From Minisyncoccia bacterium (GTDB lineage Bacteria > Patescibacteriota > Minisyncoccia > Phycocordibacterales > UBA918): a DNA stretch of 64,000 nucleotides. The stretch covers positions 4,769-68,768 of the forward strand of contig JBGSYZ010000013.1 in the NCBI GenBank assembly GCA_041750655.1, written 5' to 3'. Below the pieces are notes generated by a model. It was not told the DNA's origin and made no database searches. It saw nothing but the letters and a program-made list of their open reading frames with translations. How positions within the stretch are numbered: the stretch's first letter is position 1; every line of letters starts with the position of its first letter. Both the position numbers and the translations under genes were made by a program. Below, piece by piece: positions 9,091 to 18,116 of the stretch.

Positions 9091-9614
9091 TTTGAGACTT
9101 ATTGCGTGTATCTATTTCTATACCAAGTTAATGTTTGTCAGTATTTATTATTTAGTTTGATTTCTAATCATTTTTAACTATTAATATAAATTTCTTCCTT
9201 ATCCAGCTTCGGTTCAGCAAACTGATAAGTTCACTCCAAAGTCTGCTAAAACGAGCCTCTAGAATTGATTCTAAGGCTTTTGAGTATAAAAAGAGGTACT
9301 AGGAGTCGCAGACCCTGGCATAAAAAACTGGGTTTGTTAGTGCATTATACTTTATAAGCCTTGATACTATTCGGGCATCAGTTTTACTATAAAAAATTTT
9401 GAATGCTTAAATTAAATTTTCTGTGCACGTATACAAAAGTAAAATTTTTTTAAATTTATTCTTACTACGATGAGTTTTAAAACGTTAACTTTTGTAACTT
9501 GTTAACGCTCCCTCAAATCAAAATCAAAACTATCAAATTTATTAGAAAAGACTCCCCACCCTCTCTCACTTCCCTCTATTAAAATATTGTGCGACCCTTA
9601 GTAAAAAAACAAAA

Positions 9615-9740
9615 CTGCTTGGTAAGCAGCCGTAATTAAAGTGCCGAAAGCCCAGCTTCATGTTCCAGTGTGTGGTGGGAAATGAAGCCGGGCTTTCGAT
9701 CGGGTAAGTTCCTACGAGCTTGCGCTCGCACTTATATAAT
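9615..9740 (+). other. three consecutive hairpins ending at a TATAAT box
   Basis: CTGCTT-GGTA-AGCAG (9615-9629); 17-bp stem CGAAAGCCCAGCTTCAT/ATGAAGCCGGGCTTTCG (9645-9698); CGAGC-TTGC-GCTCG (9716-9729); TATAAT at 9735-9740. Confidence 0.45.
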
Positions 9741-9775
9741 ACCCTTTTTAAAGACTCACTACCCCCCTTTTCCCC

Positions 9776-9870
9776 ACAAACAGTCTGGGAGACTGTTTGT
9801 GTTGGTTATAACAGTCTCCGAGACCTGTTTGTGTTGGTTACATAGTCTCGTGAATATTTGTGATTATATC
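9776..9870 (+). repeat. 2.5 tandem ~32-nt hairpin + U-tract repeats (terminator-like) on the plus strand
   Basis: ACAGTCTGGGAGACTGTTTGTGTTGGTTA / ACAGTCTCCGAGACCTGTTTGTGTTGGTTA / degenerate third copy. Confidence 0.6.
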
Positions 9871-9874
9871 GTTA

Positions 9875-11179
9875 CTACTGTGGCAAGTACAACATTGGGT
9901 CTAGATAGGCATCGGTAGCGGCAATTGGAGTAGTTGCCGAGCCACAACTGGTTACAGTCTTAATTTCATTGAATTTACGAATAGTAACACCGGCGCTCGC
10001 ATATACAGTAAAGTGAAGGTGTGGACCAGTTGAATAGCCAGTATTACCACTGTAACCAATAATGTCCCCAGTCGCGACTGATTCACCAGGAGTAACACTC
10101 TGTAAATCTTGGTGAGCATATAGAGTGGTAAGACCATTTGGGTGGTCAATAAGTGTCCACTTGCCCCAAGAGTAACATCCAGGAAACGCGTCAGTATTAC
10201 CCGTTGCACGAACTGTACCGCCCAAGGGGGCGTAAATAGGTGTACCGCGCGGCACTCCAAAATCAACCCCCGGGTGGTATGCACGACCACCATACACACT
10301 AGCGTTTCGCTTCGCAAACTCAGTTCCACCAAAGTATTGAGTAATAATTACGTTATCAACTGGCCATCGAAACACTCCAGTACCAGGAACCGGAACGGAA
10401 TTTGGATCAAGAATAAACTGTAATTTAGCCTCAAAGTCACGCATCTCCTTTTCTATCTGGTCTTTAGCTGCTTTTTTCTGGGCTAACAAACTTTGGTACT
10501 CTGCCTCTTGATTTTTAGTTTTCTTTAAAAGAGTATCTTTCTCACTCTTGTTGTTGGTAAGAAGACTTTGTTGGTCGCTGTATTGGTCTTTTAAATCGAG
10601 AAGCTCACCACGTCGATAATGTTCAGACTCACGCTTGCTTTCCAGAAGATCTTTTAAGTTAGTAAGATTGTCCACCCGTTGACTTATTGAAGAACGTACT
10701 GATTCCAATTCTTCCAGTGAATTCCAGTAGTCAGAAATATCATCAAATGAAAGAAGGGTTTCAATCATGGATTGCTGATCTTGGGTATATACACTGCGAA
10801 TAATTTCTCGTAACGCGTCTTGATTTTCAAAAATATTTTCTTCGGTGTTGTTGATTTCAATATTAAGCTTACTAATCTCCAAATCAGTTGAACCAATTTT
10901 CGTTTCAGTGTATTTGAGATCGGCTGTTACTTTTTTCCTCTCTAGTTCCAGTTGGTTAATGGCTTTTTGGAGCGTGCTCTTTTCGGCACCAACCTCTAGT
11001 AAAGCTGCTTCAAATTGCGCAATTTCTTGCTCAATTTGTGACAGTCGATTGCTTCGATCATTGATCTCATCTTTCAACTTTTCAATTTCTGTCTGGGCAA
11101 ACGCAAAATGAGTCCCTAAAGAGAGACTGGGAACGAGCGCGAGGCCCATCACAAAAGCCATTAGAGTAGCTCTACTCAT
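9875..11179 (-). CDS. M23-family peptidase with N-terminal signal peptide and long coiled coil (EnvC/LytM-like murein hydrolase activator)
   Basis: HPGVDFGVPRGTPIYAPLGGTV and GNTGYSTGPHLHFTVY M23 motifs; coiled-coil N-terminal half. Confidence 0.85.
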   Translation of the reverse strand: MSRATLMAFVMGLALVPSLSLGTHFAFAQTEIEKLKDEINDRSNRLSQIEQEIAQFEAALLEVGAEKSTLQKAINQLELERKKVTADLKYTETKIGSTDLEISKLNIEINNTEENIFENQDALREIIRSVYTQDQQSMIETLLSFDDISDYWNSLEELESVRSSISQRVDNLTNLKDLLESKRESEHYRRGELLDLKDQYSDQQSLLTNNKSEKDTLLKKTKNQEAEYQSLLAQKKAAKDQIEKEMRDFEAKLQFILDPNSVPVPGTGVFRWPVDNVIITQYFGGTEFAKRNASVYGGRAYHPGVDFGVPRGTPIYAPLGGTVRATGNTDAFPGCYSWGKWTLIDHPNGLTTLYAHQDLQSVTPGESVATGDIIGYSGNTGYSTGPHLHFTVYASAGVTIRKFNEIKTVTSCGSATTPIAATDAYLDPMLYLPQ

Positions 11180-11182
11180 TAC

Positions 11183-12655
11183 TTATATTTTATCACAGGC
11201 TGTCTGGATTCGTAGTAACGTTTCTTCTTTTCCTAGTATATGAGCGACTGTAAATGGGTCTGGAGAGCGTTCACGACCGGTTAAGGATACTCTCAGAGGC
11301 CATAAAACCTCACCTTTGCCTACTTGTTCAGCGTATGCCCAGAGTGAGGCTTTTATGGTTTCTGGCGTAGAAAAGTCTGCGTTTTGGAGTAGCTTTTGAG
11401 TGTGCTCTAGACGTGGCCGCGCCGTGGCCGCGCTCTCATCGTTTTTCCACTTAATAAGTTCTGCAGAAACTTCTGGGGAGGTAAAAGCCCAGTCATACTC
11501 CCCTGTCTCCATAGCTTCTTTAATTTCTAGTTTGTTGTGGATACGCTCAAGAATGGTTGGGTACATTTTACCCACCCTGTCTTCACTGTACTGCGGGAGT
11601 AATTTAATAGTGTCAGGCACACCGGACAAAACGTACGCTAATTTTTCGTGGTCAGACAAGGTAGTCGCGATATGTTCCTTGTTCATCCAGCGTAATTTAT
11701 CCTCGTTAAAAGCACCACCGGATTTTTGAATCCCAGATAAACTAAAAGCTTCAATTAATTCCTGTTCATCAAAAAATAATTCTCTATCATCTCCTGGGTT
11801 CCAGCCGATTAACGATAAAAAGTTTCGTAATGCGCTGGGTAGGTACCCATCAGCGTCGTATTCGAGTGCGTCTTTAGACCCATCACGTTTACTTAGTTTT
11901 TTCTTTCCGTCTGGTCCCAATATTGGCGGTAAGGTAACGAATTTAGGATACTCGACTTCAAGTGCATCATACAAGCTGAGGAATTTTGGCATACTCGAAA
12001 TGAATTCTTCACCACGCATTACATGAGTCACTCCCATTTCTAGATCGTCTACTATGTGAGCAAAGTTGTACGTTGGGTACCCATCAGCTTTAATAAGAAT
12101 AAAATCATCCACCATTTCTTCGCCAGCGGTTAATTCTCCCCGGACTTCATCCTGCCAAGTGTAGCGTTTTATCTCTGGAACTTTCAGACGCAATGGCCGA
12201 CTTCCATCCCAGACACCAAAAGTTTTTGGTCGGTGGTTACGATATAGAAATGGTCTTTTTTCAGCTATAGCGTTGTCTCTGAAGGCTGTTACTTCCCCTT
12301 CTGTATACGGATCGGGATACGCCAAGCCTTTTTCAATTAATGTGTCAGCGTACTTTTTATATGTTTCTAGTCGCTCAGACTGGATACAGCTGCCAAAATT
12401 CTCACTTGGTGTATTGGGACCATAGTCCCAGGTGACTCCAAACCAACGTAAAGAGTTTTGAATTTGTTCAATAGAACCAGCCACTTCCCTCTCTTTATCA
12501 GTGTCTTCAATACGAAGAATAAACGTTCCGTTATTTTTCCTAGCCCAATAATAAGCAAACAGTGCAGTGCGTACACCACCAATATGTAAAAATCCGGTTG
12601 GTGACGGAGCAAATCTCGTCACGACAGTGTTAGTTTTGGGCATGTTCTTTGGCAA
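11183..12655 (-). CDS. gltX: glutamyl-tRNA synthetase
   Basis: RFAPSPTGFLHIGGVRTALFAYYWARK (HIGH motif) and KLSKRDG (KMSKS motif). Confidence 0.9.
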   Translation of the reverse strand: MPKNMPKTNTVVTRFAPSPTGFLHIGGVRTALFAYYWARKNNGTFILRIEDTDKEREVAGSIEQIQNSLRWFGVTWDYGPNTPSENFGSCIQSERLETYKKYADTLIEKGLAYPDPYTEGEVTAFRDNAIAEKRPFLYRNHRPKTFGVWDGSRPLRLKVPEIKRYTWQDEVRGELTAGEEMVDDFILIKADGYPTYNFAHIVDDLEMGVTHVMRGEEFISSMPKFLSLYDALEVEYPKFVTLPPILGPDGKKKLSKRDGSKDALEYDADGYLPSALRNFLSLIGWNPGDDRELFFDEQELIEAFSLSGIQKSGGAFNEDKLRWMNKEHIATTLSDHEKLAYVLSGVPDTIKLLPQYSEDRVGKMYPTILERIHNKLEIKEAMETGEYDWAFTSPEVSAELIKWKNDESAATARPRLEHTQKLLQNADFSTPETIKASLWAYAEQVGKGEVLWPLRVSLTGRERSPDPFTVAHILGKEETLLRIQTACDKI

Positions 12656-13760
12656 TTGAAATTAAGGTATCAGCTAGGGCAAAAGCAGCGTGATGAATAA
12701 AGAATGACTCGGCACCACGACGCATTTTGGCCTGTAATTCAGCATCTTGCATGATACGTTCGATTTCAGCAACTAGCAAATTTTCAGTCAAATTGCGCTC
12801 TTCCATGACAATAGCACCACCAGTCCGTGCGTACGCAAAAGCATTAGTGCGTTGGTCGTGGCTAATTTCTTCCGGAATTGGTACTAAAATAGCTGGCTTT
12901 TGATGAAACGCAATTTCTGAAATGGTGCTACTACCAGCTCGACTAACAATGAGCGTTGCAAAGCTTTGTAAGGCATGAAATTCATCACCTGGTACATTAC
13001 CAAACACATGATATCTTTCACGTAAATCTTTGTCTTCAATAAGTAAGTCAGCAGTTTGAATCATCAAATCCGCATTATCACGCCCCGCTTGATGCACTAT
13101 TTGGTAGTGCGGCAATATTTCATTAAGTAAGTTTAAAACAAAATTATTTATCCGCTCTGCTCCAAGAGAGCCAGTCACAAACAATATATACGGATCCCCA
13201 GGAATAATTTCCTGCTCGCGCAAACCTTTGGTGTTTGGCTCTTCATAAAATACTTTTCGTAGTGGTATACCCACAAGAGAAGTTTTTTTGGCTTCAAAGA
13301 ATTTAGCTGCTTCTGGATACGAGATCCCAATATACCGAGCAAATCGCCTCGCGAACATATTTGCTCGCCCTGGTGTAGCATCAGATTCGTGTATGACAAT
13401 CGGTATTTGCAGTACGAACGCAGCGAGGACTACCGGTACACTAGTGTGGCTACCTTTACTAAAAACTACATCCGGATAAATCGAAAAGAGCTGTCGTAAG
13501 GCTACGAAAAAACCTCGAATGGTTTTAAATATGTCTGTAAAATTTTGCAAAGAAAAATAACGCCGTATTTTACCGGCTGGGCACCAAACATAGGAGATAC
13601 TGAGCTTACCTAACGCCGGCTCGTCAAAAATTTCTGGGCCAATATAAAACAGTTCAATTTCGGTACCAAGCTCTGTTTCGCGGGCGCGTAGAGCTTCAGC
13701 GGTTGCTATCAGGGGGTAAAAGTGCCCACCCGAACCGCCTCCAACTAACATTATTCGCAT
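12630..13760 (-). CDS. murG: UDP-N-acetylglucosamine:lipid I GlcNAc transferase MurG
   Basis: MRIMLVGGGSGGHFYPLIATAEAL G-loop; position in the dcw cluster. Confidence 0.9.
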   Translation of the reverse strand: MRIMLVGGGSGGHFYPLIATAEALRARETELGTEIELFYIGPEIFDEPALGKLSISYVWCPAGKIRRYFSLQNFTDIFKTIRGFFVALRQLFSIYPDVVFSKGSHTSVPVVLAAFVLQIPIVIHESDATPGRANMFARRFARYIGISYPEAAKFFEAKKTSLVGIPLRKVFYEEPNTKGLREQEIIPGDPYILFVTGSLGAERINNFVLNLLNEILPHYQIVHQAGRDNADLMIQTADLLIEDKDLRERYHVFGNVPGDEFHALQSFATLIVSRAGSSTISEIAFHQKPAILVPIPEEISHDQRTNAFAYARTGGAIVMEERNLTENLLVAEIERIMQDAELQAKMRRGAESFFIHHAAFALADTLISIAKEHAQN

Positions 13761-13788
13761 ATCAATATTGTATCATCAACGATCCAAA

Positions 13789-14892
13789 CTAAGACTTGAT
13801 TCGTCGTTGATATTTTGAAACATTAAGTACCAGACCAACCGAGGCTAAGGTGACCATCATGGCCGTTCCGCCGTGACTTATGAACGGAAGCGGCAATCCT
13901 GACAACGGCACGAGCGCCACCATGGCAGCAATATTTAAAAATGCTTGGGCTACAATAACGGTCATGATACCAACCACTAATAACATACCAAATAAGTCTG
14001 TGGCTCGTGATGCAATCTTGTACCCCCGCAACGCAAAGCCTGTTAATAAGGCAATAAGTAATGAACTACCTAAAAATCCAAATTCTTCACTGTAGACAGC
14101 AAACACCGAGTCACCGATAGGTTCTGGCAGGTACTCAAATTTTTGAATACTTTGCCCGAATCCTCGACCGGTAATCTGTCCTGAACCGATAGCGATTAAT
14201 GATTGTTTTATTTGGTACCCTGAACCTTGTGGGTCAAGAGACGGGTTAATAAAGGTCATAATACGGTCTTTAATATATGGTCTAGTGAAAGCCAAAATAA
14301 TCAACATTACCACTGCACACGTGCCAATAGTAATAACATGACTCCATTTCCCACCCGCCGTAATAAACATAGCAGTGGCCGCCATACCCATAATGACGAA
14401 CGTATCAGTATCAGGTTGCATAAGCATTACCAATCCCACTGCTCCAGTGATACCAACAAAAGGCAATGTGCCGTAACGCCAGGTTTCAATTTTCTTATGG
14501 ACTCCTGAAAGCCAAGTGGCTATATAGATAATAAAACCAATTTTTAGAACTTCGGCTGGTTGAAACGTAAAGGAACCAATATGAAGCCAACGAGTAGCAC
14601 CACCATGACTCATTCCGATTCCCGGTACAAACACCATTAAAGTTAGCACAATTGAAGCAATAAAGACGTACACTGCGTATTTGCGCCAAATACGATAATG
14701 AATCGCGCTACTAAAAAACATCGCGATACTCCCTCCGATAATACCGAACACAATCTGACTAAAGGCAACTGAGGTAAAACTAGCTCCATCACGAGCCAAT
14801 AAACCGAGTGAAGCAGAAGTAAAAATAAAAAAGCCATCAGCGACCAGCAGCCCAGTAATGGCAAGTAGGGTTTTGTCGATGCCATGATGCAT
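13789..14892 (-). CDS. ftsW: SEDS-family lipid II flippase/polymerase (FtsW/RodA)
   Basis: 10 TM helices; conserved C-terminal SHGGTAMM-like region; lies between mraY and murG. Confidence 0.85.
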   Translation of the reverse strand: MHHGIDKTLLAITGLLVADGFFIFTSASLGLLARDGASFTSVAFSQIVFGIIGGSIAMFFSSAIHYRIWRKYAVYVFIASIVLTLMVFVPGIGMSHGGATRWLHIGSFTFQPAEVLKIGFIIYIATWLSGVHKKIETWRYGTLPFVGITGAVGLVMLMQPDTDTFVIMGMAATAMFITAGGKWSHVITIGTCAVVMLIILAFTRPYIKDRIMTFINPSLDPQGSGYQIKQSLIAIGSGQITGRGFGQSIQKFEYLPEPIGDSVFAVYSEEFGFLGSSLLIALLTGFALRGYKIASRATDLFGMLLVVGIMTVIVAQAFLNIAAMVALVPLSGLPLPFISHGGTAMMVTLASVGLVLNVSKYQRRIKS

Positions 14893-14893
14893 A

Positions 14894-15952
14894 TTACAAA
14901 ACTATGGCCAATAGAAATCCAACAATCGCGCACACAAACCCGAGCACCCAGTATCGCATGGTTACTTTATAGCTCGGCCAACCGAGAGCCTCAAAATGAT
15001 GATGAATTGGAGCAACTAAAAATACTTTTTTTCCGCGCAGTTTTTTCGAGCCAACTTGAATTAGGTTGGAGACAACTGTCACCACCAGTAAAAATGCCAC
15101 TACAGGCAGAACACTAACACCTTTTCCGTCAGCTAGTGTGTCAGTCATAAATGCAATTACGGTCAGTGTCATGGTCAGAGCCATTACTCCAGTTTCAGTC
15201 ATGTAAAACCTAGCGGGTGGGATGTTGAACCACAAAAAGGCTAAGATTCCTCCGACAATAGTAGCGCACAACGCTGCGATATCAATCTGATTCTGATAAA
15301 AAGCAATACCAGTATAGGCAGCGAAAATAAACATAAATACCCCACCAGAAAGGCCATCGATACCGTCAATTACGCTACTGGAGTACACAGCTACTGCTAT
15401 TAGAATAAAGAATGGTATAAAGAAAATCCCAAGTTGAACTTCTGATGAGAAGAAGCTGACGCTCGAAACATCTAGCTTTTCATAAAACCACCAGGCTGAA
15501 AATAAAGCTGTTGCTCCAACCACTAGAATTCTTTGTGATAAGGGCAGTCCACCGGCAAAGTGTTTTCCTCCCCCACTAACTACCAAGTAATCATCAATAA
15601 AGCCAACCAAAGCACCAATGGCCAGAGCAAACAATGGCAACCAGGTTTGGGAACGACTTAAGAAATTAAATTCTTCATAGCCTAGCCACGCTATGAGTGA
15701 AGTGATGCCGATAGTAATAAAAATACTGGCCCAAATGACTATACCGCCCATGCGTGGCGTGTTCGTATCTTTTTCTTTGTGGAGTTTATCAAAAATTGGT
15801 GTTGCTCCCCCACCGTACCCTGTTCCTTTACCAGCTTTTTTCTTCCACATTTCATTCTTATAAAGCCATGTTGAAACAAAAGGAGTCACAATCAGCCCCA
15901 CCAAAAAAGCAATAGCAGTGGGAGCAAAGATTTTAACAAGTGCAGTTTCCAT
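14894..15952 (-). CDS. mraY: phospho-N-acetylmuramoyl-pentapeptide transferase MraY
   Basis: VIDGIDGLSGG and PIHHHFE motifs. Confidence 0.85.
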   Translation of the reverse strand: METALVKIFAPTAIAFLVGLIVTPFVSTWLYKNEMWKKKAGKGTGYGGGATPIFDKLHKEKDTNTPRMGGIVIWASIFITIGITSLIAWLGYEEFNFLSRSQTWLPLFALAIGALVGFIDDYLVVSGGGKHFAGGLPLSQRILVVGATALFSAWWFYEKLDVSSVSFFSSEVQLGIFFIPFFILIAVAVYSSSVIDGIDGLSGGVFMFIFAAYTGIAFYQNQIDIAALCATIVGGILAFLWFNIPPARFYMTETGVMALTMTLTVIAFMTDTLADGKGVSVLPVVAFLLVVTVVSNLIQVGSKKLRGKKVFLVAPIHHHFEALGWPSYKVTMRYWVLGFVCAIVGFLLAIVL

Positions 15953-15957
15953 AAAAA

Positions 15958-16971
15958 TTATTCACTAAAAAGTAATCTGGTGGCTTTGCTTAATTTCAAC
16001 ACATCTTCAAATCGACCATCTCGCGAAGAGTCTAGAACCACAACGACAATTGGGTGGTTTAGACCCACGTCGAAGGCGATTACCAGGTTACCACCAGCGA
16101 GTGTGGTGTAGCCTGTTTTAGAGCCGATCAACCCCGGTATTCTATTTACCACACCATTAGTATTTTGGGCATTATGAAAATCACCATTTTGATTATAAAA
16201 ACGAGTTGATGATTCTTTTGTCTCAACCAGTATTTCTGGATAATTACTTACGATGTAGCTCATAAGATGAGCAATATCTTTGGCCGAACCAAAAGCCCCT
16301 GCTTGGTTTTCAGATAAGTCTAATCCTGTTGGGTTATAGAACTTTAGTGAATTCAGCTCGAGTTGGTCGGCTCGAATATTCATGGCCTCGATAAAAGTGC
16401 CGGCATCAATACTGCCAGCCAGTTCGCCACCAGCGGCTTCAGCTAGCGCGTAGGCGCCGTCATTTGATGAGGTCATAAGGGTCATATCACTGAGTGTTTG
16501 ACGTGTAAATCTCTCGCCACCCAGTAAGCCACTGTCTCCTTCTTGGGCAATGGCGTTATAGGTAACGCCAACTGTTGATTTTTCTGACAAGATCTCGTTG
16601 GCCAGTAAAGCGGTCATGAGTTTAGTGACTGACGCCAATGGCAATACTTCGTCGGCGTTCTTAGCGTACAACACTTGACCAGTTTGCATATCAAACACAT
16701 ACGCCGCTTTGGCAGTTACTGTGACGTTTTCAATTTTCTTTTCAACACTAGGCTTGCTACTAATAACAGCGGCTGCTTGAGCGTTGGCGTTTTGGGATTC
16801 GTTTGGGGGTAAAGCTTTTTGAGCAAATTCAGTAATCTGCCCGACAATAGCTGAACTGAATATAACTATCAGCAAAACCATTAAAATTACCAATTGCCAA
16901 AAAACCGGCTGACGGGTGTAGTCAGGGTTGGTGGTTTGATATGAATGCTCTACATTATTTTCTCCTTCCAT
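15958..16971 (-). CDS. serine-type D-Ala-D-Ala carboxypeptidase (S11, PBP5/DacA-like)
   Basis: SxxK (ASVTK), SxN (SSND) and KTG (KTGYT) motifs. Confidence 0.8.
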   Translation of the reverse strand: MEGENNVEHSYQTTNPDYTRQPVFWQLVILMVLLIVIFSSAIVGQITEFAQKALPPNESQNANAQAAAVISSKPSVEKKIENVTVTAKAAYVFDMQTGQVLYAKNADEVLPLASVTKLMTALLANEILSEKSTVGVTYNAIAQEGDSGLLGGERFTRQTLSDMTLMTSSNDGAYALAEAAGGELAGSIDAGTFIEAMNIRADQLELNSLKFYNPTGLDLSENQAGAFGSAKDIAHLMSYIVSNYPEILVETKESSTRFYNQNGDFHNAQNTNGVVNRIPGLIGSKTGYTTLAGGNLVIAFDVGLNHPIVVVVLDSSRDGRFEDVLKLSKATRLLFSE

Positions 16972-16979
16972 ATATAAAA

Positions 16980-17531
16980 TTAAGTCGCCGCATCCTCAGC
17001 TTCAGGCTGAGTAGCTGCAAAGTTATCCAAAGCCGTCGCTACTGTAGCATAATCTGGCAAACCTTCCTTTTGTTCTATTCCGAGGTGTGCTAAGAGTGCT
17101 GGTGTAGCCTGGTAACTATACCCTCGGGCACTTTCACTTCCTACTCGTTCTACCAAGCCACGTATCTGTAGGTTGCGAAGAATAAACGAAGAATTTACTC
17201 CGCGGATCCGATCTATCTCAATTCGACTTATTGGGCCGCGGTATAAAATCACCGCCAATGTTTCGGCTCCAGCGCTGCCGATATCACGCTTTAAATCGTC
17301 ACGTCTGATTCGTTCAATTACTTCTGCGTGCTCGGGGGCAGTCATAATTTGTACTTCTTTGGTATCTGACACAATCAGACGAAGGCCTCTGGTAGACAGA
17401 TTTTGTTGTAAAGACACTAAAGCGTTACCTAAGTTTTCAGCGTCAGTGGCAAAAAACTTCAGCAACCACGAAATAGCCACCGGTTTGGCTTTGTAAAATA
17501 AGACTGCCTCGATGTGTTGTTCGAGCTCCAC
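16980..17531 (-). CDS. scpB: segregation and condensation protein B
   Basis: IEAVLFYKAKPVAISWL… winged-helix ScpB pattern; 183 aa. Confidence 0.85.
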   Translation of the reverse strand: MELEQHIEAVLFYKAKPVAISWLLKFFATDAENLGNALVSLQQNLSTRGLRLIVSDTKEVQIMTAPEHAEVIERIRRDDLKRDIGSAGAETLAVILYRGPISRIEIDRIRGVNSSFILRNLQIRGLVERVGSESARGYSYQATPALLAHLGIEQKEGLPDYATVATALDNFAATQPEAEDAAT

Positions 17532-17602
17532 ACCTCTATTTTACCAGAAAAACCCCTGTTTTACTTGAGATATTGACAGTTTAAAAAAGGTGTTGATAAG
17601 TG

Positions 17603-17630
17603 TTGACAAATATTTATATTGTGCTAGTAT
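17603..17630 (+). promoter_or_regulatory. sigma70-type promoter TTGACA-N16-TAGTAT
   Basis: TTGACA 17603-17608; TAGTAT 17625-17630; also GTGTTGATAAGTGTTGACA upstream. Confidence 0.55.
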
Positions 17631-17636
17631 ATTGGC

Positions 17637-18027
17637 ATTCGGGAGGAACGTGGCGACCCGGATCGGGTGCTTTGCACCGAAGTCGGCCACAACCACCAAC
17701 GCCGGCATGACCGGCAAGGAGGAAACGATGAAGATGCTGACCGCGACCGCTCGAGGCTCGCCGTGCGCGTAGCGCACAATAACAAAAATCAAATCGTCGA
17801 TCTTTTGACCGACATCGCCGGCGCCGACCTGGGCGACTGACCGATCCCGGCCGACGCGGGCCGCGAAGGCAGGTGAATCCTGGCCTTGGTCCGCACAACG
17901 ACAACCTTTCTGTTCCGGGAATGCCCGGCGAAAAAAGATTGGTGGTCGCGATTCTTCCGCCCAAGCAGCGCATGGCTGACTTGTGTGAATCACAAATGCT
18001 TAACGGTGGGATAAGCTCCACCACAAA
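17637..18027 (+). ncRNA. candidate structured ncRNA of unknown class (GC-rich, ~60% GC) between scpB and scpA
   Basis: Bounded by the promoter above and an intrinsic terminator; no plausible ORF on either strand (Arg-rich translations); 3' motif GCUCCACCA at 18015-18023. Confidence 0.4.
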
Positions 18028-18030
18028 CGG

Positions 18031-18070
18031 CCTCTAACTTGTGCGGACAAGTTAGGGGTTTTTCTTTTTT
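18031..18070 (+). terminator. intrinsic terminator
   Basis: CCTCTAACTTGT-GCGG-ACAAGTTAGGGG hairpin followed by TTTTTCTTTTTT. Confidence 0.8.
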
Positions 18071-18116
18071 ATATTGTAGCTAGGTCTTTCCTAGCTTAAG
18101 TTAAACAATCAAAAAA

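Noticed and set aside
9776-9870. Possible CRISPR array (tandem ~32-nt repeats)
   Set aside because: Only 2.5 contiguous units with no spacers between them. Each unit is hairpin + U-tract, which is terminator-like, and no cas genes are nearby; the Cas4-like gene is 39 kb away and stand-alone.
17541-18024. ORFs 17541..17993(-), 17614..18024(-), 17590..17772(+) inside the GC-rich island
   Set aside because: Arg/Gly/Pro-rich translations typical of GC-rich non-coding sequence; mutually overlapping; no start context. Only the 14-codon SD-preceded mini-ORF (17728-17772) is noted as a curiosity.
17590-18075. tmRNA hypothesis for the GC-rich island (3' GCUCCACCA + terminator)
   Set aside because: I could find neither a 5' strand complementary to the putative acceptor 3' strand, nor a T-arm (GGUUCGAnUCC-like) preceding it, nor a plausible tag reading frame ending in hydrophobic residues. 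Left as unclassified, not called ssrA.
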